Assembly: GCA_028023455.1 (NCBI GenBank)
Contig: JAQFVV010000007.1
Span: 18,228,001-18,292,000 of the forward strand
DNA: 64,000 nt
Direction: 5' to 3'
DNA from: Epiperipatus broadwayi
Taxonomy: Eukaryota > Animalia > Onychophora
Shown: positions 33,125-44,775 of the stretch, piece after piece
Numbering within the stretch: position 1 is the stretch's first letter
Layout of the letters: every line of letters starts with the position of its first letter
Notes under the pieces: model-generated
Seen by the model: only the letters and a program-made list of their open reading frames with translations
What the model was told of the DNA's origin: nothing
Databases searched by the model: none
Translations under genes and position numbers: made by a program

Positions 33125-34399
33125 CTTTAAACAGACATTGAATGACAAACCAGATGAAGTTTTCTATGAATGCATAAGTTAAAGAAATGATCTTTTATTT
33201 GAATGAAATTGCTAGTGTATCTTTAAGCACTTTTTCTAATTTGTTTTAAAATCGTAAACTGGGCACTGAAATCTTTTTTGACAGCTATAAGTGAGTTTTT
33301 TGTTTTATAAAAACATTTCAAATAATGAAATTTAAATTATCCTGAATGACTGTTGAATCACAAAAGTTATTTTACTGGTTACTTTGTATTAGTATATCTC
33401 AGAGGTAAAAATTGCTTCATCCACGTGGATCATCTAAATATTTAAACATTTTCCCCATTTGTTTTAAAGTCACACATATCACAACAGAAATGTTTTAAAC
33501 CAGTATGAATAATTTGATATGCATAGCATTTTTATTAGTGATTTTAAATTTGAAGCCCAGAAGCCAAAATTCTAAGAAGACCCTGACATATAGAGTAATT
33601 TGTTCTGCATTTTTTTTTACATTTTTTAATTCGGATAATGTTAGTTTAGAGATCAGTTGGTCAATTTTTTAAAGTGGATCCAGAGACAATAGTCTTCTTT
33701 GATTTGTTCATCAAACCCAATGATTTTAACGCCATAAGTTTTTTAATCAATTTTTTTGTTTACTGATGATATGAAAATATTATCTGCACTTCAGTGTCTC
33801 CTTAAAGCAATCTCTTGAGTGCTGATAAGTAAATAAGATAAGAACAGTATTAAACTAAATATAGTTTAGTTGAAAAAGATAAAATAGGTTAAATAGACTA
33901 AACTTATTTTTATACACTTCAATGTTTCAATAAAATTTGAATACTAATTCCTAAAAATTTTTTTTAAGGATATACAATATTTTGAGAAACCAAGTGATTA
34001 GTCAAAACAAAATAATGCTCACATTTTATATATATTAACAGGCAATAATTTATCTGACATCATTCTAACCATATACTTGAGTGTGAGTTGGCAAATGAAT
34101 AATACATAGGCTGACTACTAGCAGTGGACTTAGCATACAGATTGGATAGTGGTAAAGAAGTGGTGAACTATAAACTCAGTAATCTCTGGGTTGGCCATAT
34201 GTGCATTCACTGCTGAATCTGCTTCAGATAAAAAACTTAACTTGTATATCATTACTATGGCAATAGATGCCTGCTGCATTCAGTGGAAGTTAAAATGTGC
34301 TGAGTGTTTTCTAGCTGATATCATCACAGCTTCCTACATTAAACATATGGATGAAATTAATCATTAGAATTAAACTTAGTTGGAGTGTTTTTGGTAGAA

Positions 34400-34905
34400 A
34401 TAACCTAATACTAAAAAGAAATATGGCTATGTGTTTGAAATGGAAGGTTTTTTAATAAATGTGTTTTACCAGTTCTTATTTATGGGTCTGAGACTTAGAC
34501 ACTTAATAGTAGAGCAATACAGAGACTTCAGTTCACTCAAAGAAATATAAAGAGATGCATGTTAGGAATAACAAGAAGATATTGAAAATGCAATATATGA
34601 GTAAGAGAACAAACAGATATTACTGGCATCGTTGAAAAAATTAAAAGACTGAAATGGAGTTGGGCTGGACATATTGCCAGAATAGATGATTGTCAGAAGA
34701 GATGATAATAGATGGACAATTGAAATCTTAAACCGGATTCCAAGAGATAGTAAAAGACTCAGAAAGAGACCACATGTGAGATGGATGGATGAAATAAGGT
34801 GTGCAGGGATGATGTGGAGAAGAGATGCTAGAGATCGGAGAAGATGGTTTGTACTTAGAGAGACCTTCATCCTGCAAAGGATTGATAATGATGACATACA
34901 AAGAT
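34400..34905 (+). mobile_element. RTE-clade LINE 3' fragment
   Basis: LTYGSET...IIEKIKRLKWSWAGHIAR...RWTIEILNRIPRDSKRLRKRPHVRWMDEI, then the TTCATCCTGCA..GGATTGATAATGATG tail. Confidence 0.85.
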
Positions 34906-36049
34906 ATGTAAGTTTAATATAATATTTATTATAACATGAATCAATGTATACATTTTTACATGTTATGAGATAGAGACAAATAAATCAAAATATCCGCAAA
35001 TGCAATAAAGTTAAATAAAATTATAGTTTATGATGAACGTGGAAGCAATAATACAAATCCAAGACTAAGATTAATTATAGATTAAAACTCATATTGGAGA
35101 TGTCAGTTCAGTTGTATGTCTGATATGGTTTAGTGCAGTGTTAGAGTAATAAATTCAAGAGCTACAGTTTGTGGATAGAAACTCAATGTCATATGACCTG
35201 CGCGGCTAATCTTCTATATACATAAAATACAACTACCTAAAAAAGTACAAGTTTATAAGTGTGTGTGTAAAAAATACGCATCGCACACATATAAGCTTAA
35301 TTTTATTTAAATAAAAATTTTAAGAATTTACGATTTAAACTAATTTTAAAATTCTCCATCGCAGTGCGTGTAGCGGAACACTGGGTATTAAATTTCATTT
35401 TCTGGCAAAAATTTACCAGTTAGTTGCAATCAAAACATGGGCGAGACAAAAACGTTTCCAGTTTTGAACAACTAATGACAAGTTTAGACAAAAAAAAAAA
35501 AGTCTTACGCCTTTTATGCTTCGGAAAGGCAAAATTAAAATTAATAAATACCTTATTTTTTGAAATATGCAAATATATGTAATGTTAATGTCATAATCAG
35601 CTCACAAAAATTAAAAATACTGCCCAACATCAAGATATTAAAATAAGTTATCTTAAGGGGGGAAAGAGAACAGATATCGGAAAACTACCGCCAGCGAAGA
35701 TCAAGTGTTATCGCTTAGTCATAGCGCTGTATCCTTTAACTCCATGTGCCTTTAGGAAGACGCTGCAAATACGCAGACTTCTATTATTTCAGCTAATATT
35801 ATTGCATTTTGTAGATTAGGTTTTTAATGGGACAGTAGTTTCTACAAGATTTTAATTTTTCTTTTCAAAGACAAGCATGATTTTTTAAAAAATATTTCAC
35901 TTAGGAAATACTGAAGCAATATACTATATCTATCTTACCCTGTTTAAACTTAGAAAGCTGTTGAAAAAAATTCAATCTTTTCTAAACGTAAAAATAAAAA
36001 GTGTACTAAAGTATGTCAAGTTCAGAAATTGTTTTAAAGTTAACGAATG

Positions 36050-36420
36050 GCTAATAAAAATTATTAATATACTTTTATCAAGTGGTTTGTGTAAAAGTTG
36101 TGAGGGCAATAAGTTTGACACATCAATTAAACTAGTAATTATCCTGCAGTGGATTGATGATGATGATGAAACTAAAGCTATGTGTAAAAGATTATGATCT
36201 AGAACAACTGATGAGTGTTGGTCCAGCATGAAATGTGTATCTTGGGGATCATACATTATTTTCACGTTTTTGGTCATATGTTTACACCTTTCCACAAAGT
36301 GTTAAAAACGAAGAGAAACCAGTCCCCTACCTTGCATGAGAGTGATGTAGTGAAAACTACATTATAGAAATATTAAGTGGATAATCTCTAATTTAATGAA
36401 TGACTAATAAAAATTATTAG
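36050..36420 (+). repeat. HHR-A2 monomer with an RTE 3'-tail insert at 36141-36169
   Basis: Reverse complement of 14101-14440 and 58810-59115. The TA tract position is occupied by ATCCTGCAGTGGATTGATGATGATGATGA. Confidence 0.8.
36194..36252 (+). ncRNA. Type-I hammerhead ribozyme, family A, intact core
   Basis: ATGATC...CAA CTGATGA GTGTTG GTC CAGCAT GAAA TGTGTA TC/TTG GG GATCAT. Stem II has wobble pairs; AUC triplet with predicted cut after 36241. Confidence 0.75.
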
Positions 36421-36659
36421 TTCAAGTTTGAGGTTTCTCTTAGATAATGAGCTTGTAGCCAACCAAATGAATGTTTGGATAATCTGAAAAGTAAAGAAGA
36501 AATGCCATGAAAATATTCTCAAAGAACATTTTTGTGTGAATGTGTTGAAAGAATTTTGCTGTTATTGAGCTGGCTAAAATTGTTACATCACCATTTACTG
36601 CTTTGTGTATAATGTGAACAGTATCATTTTCAAATATTATCTAGTTATCACACGATGAA

Positions 36660-37450
36660 GATCTTTTTTTTTTTAATACAGTTTCTCTGGTCCATAATTC
36701 TTTCTCTACAATCATTTAGCAAACTTTCTTATTTCATCCATCTCATATGTGACCTCTTTCTAATTAGTTACAGTTTTTTGGAATATAGTTTAACCATTCA
36801 ACTGTTCATCTGTTGTCATCATTTCTAGTAATGCATCTAGCTTACATTTATTTCATTTTTTAAAATTCTTTCAACGAAGTCAGCAAAATGTGTTTTTGCT
36901 CTCATCCTCATATTTTATTTTCATCCCTTGTTTCTCCTAATCTGAAATTATTGTAAGGCTCTTTTTTTAAGAGTCCAAGTCTCACATGAAACATTTTATG
37001 ATAACATCATCTATTATTATGTTTCCATCTGTATTAAAAATGTAAACAAGATATGTCTCCAATTGTTAACTTTTTAGAATTCAGGATTATCAATCTAATA
37101 ACATCAAATGCTACTTTGTTTTAGCATTTATCTTTAGACCTCTTTTCTTGCTTTTCCTCATGTAAAATTTTCAGAAGCTCTGAAACATTATTTGTAAAAT
37201 GATTACTTTACCTGCAAAATCTAAATGATTTATATAAGTTCCATATATTTTTATTCTATTAGCTTTCCTTTTTATTTCACATAATTTTTTGCAAAATTTC
37301 TGTAGTTTTAGAGATAGTAAATCACTCTGTCTCTTCCCCTCTCCATCACTGTTAATCTTGTTGTCACCATATAATCTAACCACTGCTATTGCTCTTTGAT
37401 AAATATTTTTTGGAATATGAAATATCTGTCTTATTGAATCAAAGTACTTT
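36660..37450 (-). mobile_element. RTE-like LINE fragment (decayed)
   Basis: Reverse complement gives RIKIYGTYINHLDFAGKVI (the F-A-D-D region) and the same 3' end as the other RTE copies. Confidence 0.7.
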
Positions 37451-37633
37451 TAATAATTTACAAGGTCATAGTTGAAGGGGAAATTATAATCATTGGTTTT
37501 TCTTACAACTTTTTTTTATACTTCTATGTAATCCATTATGTTAAAAGCACTTATTTAAACCCAGTTTGTTCTTTAGTTTGTTTGAGTCCGTAGTTAGATA
37601 TGAATTATGATTAACTTGATATAAAAATTTGAA

Positions 37634-37737
37634 CTACTAAACATCACATGATCACCATTCCCTAAAACTCTCTTGCCGACATTGCTTATTTATTCTGGCT
37701 TGCACCATGTGGCACTAGTATATGAAGAGTTTTACCT
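37634..37737. repeat. HHR-B fold-back remnant forming the 5' flank of the LINE insertion
   Basis: AAACATCACATGATCACCAT... and GGCACTAGTATATGAAGAGTTTTACCT match the palindrome centre at 3085-3225. Confidence 0.7.
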
Positions 37738-40700
37738 CTAGGAAGACAAGAATGGATGGTAGCTATAGTGTATATAGCTACTGGAGATAGTCAAACTATA
37801 ATGGAGTGGAACAGTAGCATATATGAATGCCTAGTTAAGGATATACAGAGTTTCAAAGAAAAGAGAAAGAGAATAATGGTTATAGGAGATATGAATGGGC
37901 ATATTGAAGAAATTGATGATGTAGGTGATAAGAATGGGCAACCTTTGAAGAATTTTTGTCAGAGTAAATTTGAGCATTGAAAATGTATCAAATATTTATG
38001 AGCAACAATACACATGATCTAGAAATAATATATTCCACACAATATATTATGTATTAGTAGAGAAAGAGGGAATGAATAAAGTACAGAAAATTAAGGGGTT
38101 TGATAATAAAGAGAGAGTATATAATAGTGATTATAACTTCTTTATAATAGAAATGGTTAGTAATGTGATGGAAAATAGAAATAAAAGTAGAAATGATAGT
38201 GAAAGATGTGGATGGAGGGTGAATGATAAGAATAAGTTAGAAGAGTATAAAATAAAAGTTGAAGAAACCATGGAAGAGTTGGTTGGGGATAAATATAAGG
38301 ACCGGTCTGGTGTAATAGAAAATGTGGCAAATATGGTTTTAGGTGAGAATATTCAGAAGAATAAAAGTAATAAAAAAGTGAGAGTTAGTAAAAGTGTAAA
38401 AGAGAGGAAAAAGCATGCAAAGAATATATGTGTGCTATTAAGAACAAAGAAAATGAAAAGGATGTTAATGTTAAATGAGAAAAGTACTTAGAAAAAAAGA
38501 AGTTGGCTAAGATAGATAATTAGAGAGAGAATGAAATTGAATAGTCAATTGTTGGAGGATATTAATAATAGTGGAAGAGATGAAAAAAATTTTTTGGAAA
38601 TACATTAAAAGAAGGAATGTATGAGAGAGAGAGAGAGAGATAGTATTACTAGATTATGATGGAGTAGAGAGTAGCTCTAGAGAAGAATTAGAGATGATAT
38701 TAAATAAGTATGTAATGGATATAGAAAAGATGTTAGATGTGAAGGACAGAGTGATAGCAAACATGAAAGCATGTAGTAATGGGAATATAGGTTTACAGAA
38801 ATTGAACTGAATGAGGCAGGGAATAAATTAAAAAGTGGAAAGGCAAGAGGTTTAGATGGATGAGCAGCAAAGATGGTAATGAATTCAGGGCATAGGGCAA
38901 AAGTAAAATTATTATTGTGTTTTAATCAACTAGCACAGAAAGAGAGTTTTTCCTGGTAGTTGGAGTAATACAAGAGTAAGGCTACTATTTAAAGGAAAGG
39001 ATCAGGATCATAGGAAGTTAAACAATTATGGACTGATAGCGGTAACATCAGTTTTATATAAAGTTTTTTTGATATGATGGCTGGAAGAGTTGCAAAATGG
39101 ATGGAATAGGAGATAGTTTATTTGTTGTTACACAACTTATGGATAGTTTATTTGTTGTTACACAACTTATGGATATGAGTAGGTATACAGGTAGATAGTT
39201 ATATATGGTTTTTATAGATATAGAAAAGGCATATGATAGAGTAAATAGAAATAGATTATGGATAAGTTTAATAAATTTGAGAATGGATGGAGCTTTAGTG
39301 GATATTATTAAGAAATTATATGAAAATAATTATTATATGTATTAATTAGTGAATATAGAATCAGTTAAAGTTAAAAATGGGTGGGACTAAGGTAAGGATA
39401 TCCTCTGTCACCTATTTTGTTTTGTTGTATTTGAGAGAAATAGAGACAGCAATAGAAAGATTAGGAAGAGGGATAGAGATACCATTAATAGGCAGCAAGG
39501 GACTATGTACATTATCTGGTCTTATTTGCAGATGATGTCTTTTTGTATGCAAAAAGAAGGGAAGATATGGAAGTTATGCTGAGGACATGCAGAAGAATAG
39601 GTAAAGAAATGGGGATTAAGTTTAGTGAAGAAAAATCAAAAGTAATGATGTTTAATTCTGGGGAAAGAGAAGACAGAGAATTTTTATTGGGGAATGTAAA
39701 GTTAAGTGCAGTGAATAGATATAACTATTTGGGAATCATCTTAATTAATCAGAAAAATTGGTTGGATACATGGGGAAAAAAAAGATAAATGAAGCAAAGA
39801 AAAGAAAGGGATTGATAAAGAAATTAACAGTGTTTTCATATAATAAATATGACGTAGCTAGAACTGTTTGGAAGGGAATGGTGGTAGCAGGGTTAATGAT
39901 ACATTATGTGCTAGTAAAGGGCTATTAGATTACTTGGAAAAAGTACAAAGAGAAGTAGGAAGACATGCACAGCAAAAGAGGCAATTCAAGGAAAAATGGG
40001 ATGGTCAAGTTTTTATATGAGGGATGTAAAAAGCAAAATGAAAATATTCGGTAGATTGCAGTTTATGAATAATAAAAGAATAGCCAAAATTGTATTTAAT
40101 TGGGTTATGAATAAAGGGCAGGTAATAAGATGGGTGAGGAAGGTAATGTGATATGCAGAAGATTTGGATAAAGAATACTTGTACAAAAGTATATTTGTAC
40201 AAAAGGTGGGATGATTGTGTTAGGAAAATTGTTCAGTGTTGTAGTGGTAAGGAATAGGATAGAAGAATAGATGCATTAATAAAGAATAGAGAGTTGGAGA
40301 GATAGAAAACTAGTATGGAGAGTAAAAGAGTTTATGGAATATTAGGTGCAAGTTAATTTATGATAATAGCAAGGAAAGTAGTTTACTGTTTAAGGCTCGA
40401 ACGGGATCTTTAGCAACAGGGGATTATACACGTAAGTGGAAAAACGTGGGTGATTTAGTCTGCAAGTTGTGTAAGGAAGGCATAGAAAATATTAGGCATT
40501 TGTTTATTAAATGTAAATGTTTGAAAGCAGAAAGGATTCAAATAATAAAGTTATGGAAGAATAAATATAAAGAAAGTGATTATACAGAAAGTGGGTTATT
40601 GATTTTTATGCTGGGTTTGGGGAAAAGGAGTTAGATATGAAGGCCATGGAGTTGACAAAGATTATGTTGTGGAAATGGAATTGAGCAGGATATGAGAAAA

Positions 40701-40810
40701 ACTTAGGGTGGAGAATGGAAAGGTAAGGTATAGTGGCTAACAGGTTTCTCTGGGCATTGTTGCTGAGAGATTCCTGACTCAGTATAAGGTGAAAGTGCAT
40801 CACATTACAT
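37738..40810 (+). mobile_element. 5'-truncated APE-RT non-LTR retrotransposon (clade uncertain, possibly RTE-X-like), decayed
   Basis: APE motif RIMVIGDMNGHI; RT motifs VRLLFKGK, FIDIEKAYDRVNR, G.PLSPILF and the (L)FADD region; C-terminal LFKARTGSL...CKLCKEGIENIRHLFIKC; ends in a CATCACATTACAT tail. Many stops and frameshifts. Confidence 0.88.
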
Positions 40811-41471
40811 CTGTTTATAAAGATTTTATTTAGAATTGTAATTTTTAATATATTTTTAAATATCTTTCTTAAATATCAATGCCAGTATGGCATTTTATCC
40901 AGTCATCTGATATTTCTTTATCAATTAGACATTTCATATATATATAGTTTTGCCAATAATTTTTGTATTTCTTCATCTACTTCTTTTAGCATATCAATAA
41001 TAATTCCATTATTTACTGGCGCTTTTTTCTTTCATTACTTTAACTGTATATCTCAGTTTTTAGATTTTTTTTTTTGGTATTTCCCAAAGTGTTGTAAATA
41101 TAAGAGTCACTGTCTTTTTATGTTCTTTATTACTATATAATTCTTTCTAGAATTCTTCCTCAATGTCATCCATTTTTTTAAATAACTTTTATATTTTCTT
41201 CTTATTGCTAAAACAATTTTCCTTCCAACACCAAATGTTCTTTATACTTTTGTTCTCTTCTATATATAATTTTTTATTCCAATTCATAGTTACATTTTCT
41301 ATATCATTATTAACCCGTTTTCAGATGTTTACCTTCAGATATCCAGTTATTTTTAATGTATCACTTAAAAATATTTTCATTTTTTTCTTCTTCATACATT
41401 ATTTTATTTCAGTTGAAGTTGAAACTTTCACCAAGTAATTTTATTTTCACCATTTTTTTTTTTTTTTTTAG

Positions 41472-41591
41472 GTAGTGAGAAGACAACCAATTGTTTTAAT
41501 AGCACCACAGAGAGCGAGGATAGCTCAAATGATATGAGTTTAAATCTTGAGTCTCCCGTAAACAAACAGACAACGGAAGATGTTAAACTAG
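41472..41591 (+). CDS. Internal coding exon of the host gene (120 nt, phase 1/1)
   Basis: Long poly-T acceptor TTTTTTTTTAG|, donor G|GTAAGC. Reads (C)SEKTTNCFNSTTESEDSSNDMSLNLESPVNKQTTEDVKL, in frame with exon 9751-9917. Confidence 0.8.
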
Positions 41592-42759
41592 GTAAGCTAT
41601 ATAATGAACAGTGTCATCTTTTTTTCGTCTCTTTCTCATTCTATAAAAAAACATTATTTCGCGTGAGAGAATTTCCACGTATAGATTTTTACAGGTCATA
41701 AGGTCTACTCCTTTTAACTTTTTATTAAAAAAAAAACATTAGCTGAAGGAAAGAATAGTGACCATGTAGTAAAAAAAAAAGAATAGAACATATTGAAGTG
41801 ATGCAATAACAGGCGACGAACAGAACTCGACTCATTAGAAATAGAAATGATTATACCTATTTCACACACACACAAAGACTTTTATATTATTAATGCAAAT
41901 CATGTCGCCACTATTTTTTTTTTAATTCAACATTTTCTCATTCCTCACTTCCTTTCTCCTTTTTCTGCAATAATTAAATAAAATGATACTGCTAGAGGAA
42001 AAAATTAATTAACAGCGAAGCATTAAAATTCATTCCTACAGCTATCACGGACACAATGCGCTGCGAGACTGCTTAAATCGGTAATTAAAGTATATTCATT
42101 AGAAACAAAACTAGTATTAAAACATGTATATATTTATATGAGTGTGTGCATATAACAGACTTAACGCAAGAATCACAAGGTCTTTATATTTACATAAACA
42201 TATAGCTTAGTTGTCCATTATCTAGATTTAAACTCTAAATACAATGGGAAATGTTCAAATAGTTAAAAATGTTCATTGTGCCTCAGGTGGCAGACCCATG
42301 GTCAACCAAATTGTTCATTCATCACCACGAGAAATATGGGCACAACCATCATCTTTCTTTAATTTTGTCCACTCCATACAATTCTTCATTTGTATTTATT
42401 TTAAAATGAAGTTCTCATTTTTACCTAGTCTTTATGAAAACAAACGTTTAGAATGATGGTTTCATTATATTTCATTTATATTTTAATTTTACCTCACAGA
42501 TTCAATTTGTTTTGAGATGATTTGCAACAGTTGTTTCTGCAGAGAAAAAACACTGCAGAAGTTACTGCTAACATATTTGTTGTTACTATAGTAACTGTAC
42601 CATCATTAAGATTCTAAATCCTTTTGTTCTTTAGAGTCCTTGGACACATCTCTTTGATCTGTCTACATTTAACTGAAAGATAAAGTAAAATAACAACAAC
42701 CCAAAACATAAACTACATTTTGTTAACCTAATCCTGAATGCAATTAGATCAGGTGAATC

Positions 42760-43130
42760 ATAGAGTTAAACCATTAAAACATCACTTGATCACTTTTTCT
42801 TGTACCTACACAAGCTGTTAAAACTATAGCAAAATTTTTCTGTATAATAGTGCCACCTAGTGCAAACTTTAGTAATTAATAAATGCTGAAAAATTGTGCA
42901 ACATAAACTTAATTCCTAGTCTTTCCATCTAATATTCCCAAATTGTTTTTACCCAATAGCATCACTTAGTGCAAGCACTAATAACCAATAGATAGTAGAA
43001 GATTGTAATCCCAATTCAGTGGAAAGATATTGGATTGGGATTATGTTTGACCTTCTAGCATCTATTGATTACTAGAGCTTGCACTAGATGGCCCTATTGT
43101 ATGGGATCATATTGCTACTAAATCATGTAG
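42760..43130. repeat. Degenerate HHR-B remnant with an internal hairpin (about 42965-43085)
   Basis: Matches HHR-B flanks (AAACCATTAAAACATCAC..., TAGTGCCACCTAGTGCAAAC...). TAGTGCAAGC...GCTTGCACTA arms are inverted. The ribozyme core is not recognisable. Confidence 0.6.
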
Positions 43131-43899
43131 TCATATAAAAGAAGCATAAGTGATTAGTAAATTACTAAATTTTGCATATTAATTTTAAAAAATGCTCCTA
43201 ACATTGGAGTCGTTCTTTTTTGCTGTGTAATATATACTACAATATTCCTCAAGCAATAATGGGCAAGTCTGTTTGCTGAAATAGACTGAACTTATTGATG
43301 CTTCTAATATAAATGTGTGAGCTTCTTTGTCAGATTTCCAGAAAACATAAAAAGTAGCCATTTACCATCTATTTTCTCAGATCTTAAAGAGATGGCAAAT
43401 CTGAAATGTGATATTATTTATGACTGTGTTAAGCTTGTCACTGAATTTGCTAAGCAATTTTTTTTATTTATAATTGCCATGTGTAGCATTATATATTAGA
43501 AATAAATTTGTTTTTAAAAAATCAGCAAACAAGAAATAACAATTTTACATGATGAATTAAAATACTATTGTTTTTTAAAAATATTTCATGATGAACTTTT
43601 AATAGAAAATATTTAACAATTTTCACAAATAGAATATTTTTGTTTTAAATTCAGAAATCAAATGTAGATACTAAACCTAAAAAAAAAAGAGAGAATATAT
43701 TTGAGAATAATATTTATAAATTTTTTTTTTTTAAAATGCTTTTATTTAATTTGAGTACTAATGCACTAAAAGCCAACATAATTTTTTTCTTGGACCACAA
43801 TTTTGGCTGTTATATATAACTTTAAATCAAAACATAAGACATTTATAAATTAATTCAAGCAGGAGTAAAGTATTATTGTAATTTATAATAGTTCGTATA

Positions 43900-44452
43900 T
43901 AGTTATAATTATTTATTAAGTGCATAGGAAGTATATGTAAATACTTTTACTACATGTAAATACTTTTATGACAGGCTTTAACATGAATCCAATGTGCCTT
44001 GAAATTTATAACAGTCAAGCAATATCATTATTTTGCTGATAGAGGGATCTCTCAAAGCATGACACAAGATAGTGACTTTTATAAAGATAAGAACGGTCGT
44101 CTTATCATTAACCTAACTTTCCACATATATAAGCCAATCTGAAGCATCTTGATTTGGGAGTGTGAAGCTGTTATTCACTCCACTGTTTAAGTCCACTATT
44201 TCCTATACAAATTAACATTCATGAAATCTTGCAATTAGTTCATATTACAATCTTTATATTGGAAATATATAAACTATTGTAGAGTTATAATTATTTATTA
44301 AGCACCAGGAAGTATATGTAACTACTTAAGACAGGCTTTGCCTGTATACAATGCGCTTTGAAATTTAAAACAGTCTAGCATTATCTTTATTTTGCTGATA
44401 GAGGAACCTCTCAAACCACTGCCCAAGATAGTGACTTTTATAAAGATAAGCA
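43900..44452. repeat. Dispersed direct repeat of about 180 bp (43900-44090 and 44281-44452)
   Basis: GTTATAATTATTTATTAAG...GGAAGTATATGTAA...TTTTGCTGATAGAGG...CAAGATAGTGACTTTTATAAAGATAAG occurs in both copies. Confidence 0.8.
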
Positions 44453-44574
44453 TATAATAAATCCAAGATTTATAAACAATGTACATGAGACTTGTTTTAT
44501 ATATAGGAATAGAGTATTTGTTTTTGATCACAAATTGTATTGCCTGAATTAATTAATTTATGGACACATAATAT

Positions 44575-44775
44575 TATCATTTATGTTCTTTATTACATTT
44601 TGCAATGCTTTTTACAACCCACTTGATGATTTCGATTGCTCTAGCAATTTTCTTCAGAATTTCTAAATATAAATATATAAATATAAAATTCTGAAGAAGA
44701 TTGTTGGGGCAATCGAAACCATCAATAGTAGATTGTAAAAAGCATTGTAAAAAGTAATAAAGAACATAAATGATA
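44575..44775. repeat. Inverted dimer of the HHR-C repeat, one hammerhead motif per strand
   Basis: About 44575-44663 is inverted relative to about 44687-44775. Minus motif at 44623-44660, plus motif at 44687-44726. Confidence 0.85.
44687..44726 (+). ncRNA. Minimal hammerhead motif, family C
   Basis: ATT CTGAAGA A GATTG TTGGGG CAATC GAAA CCA TC/AAT. Core and stem II are clear; stem I has only about 3 bp. Confidence 0.55.

Noticed and set aside
39112-39171. Perfect 30-bp tandem duplication in the LINE RT region
   Set aside because: Real in the sequence, but lies at a deletion junction of a dead element; likely a repair scar or assembly stutter.
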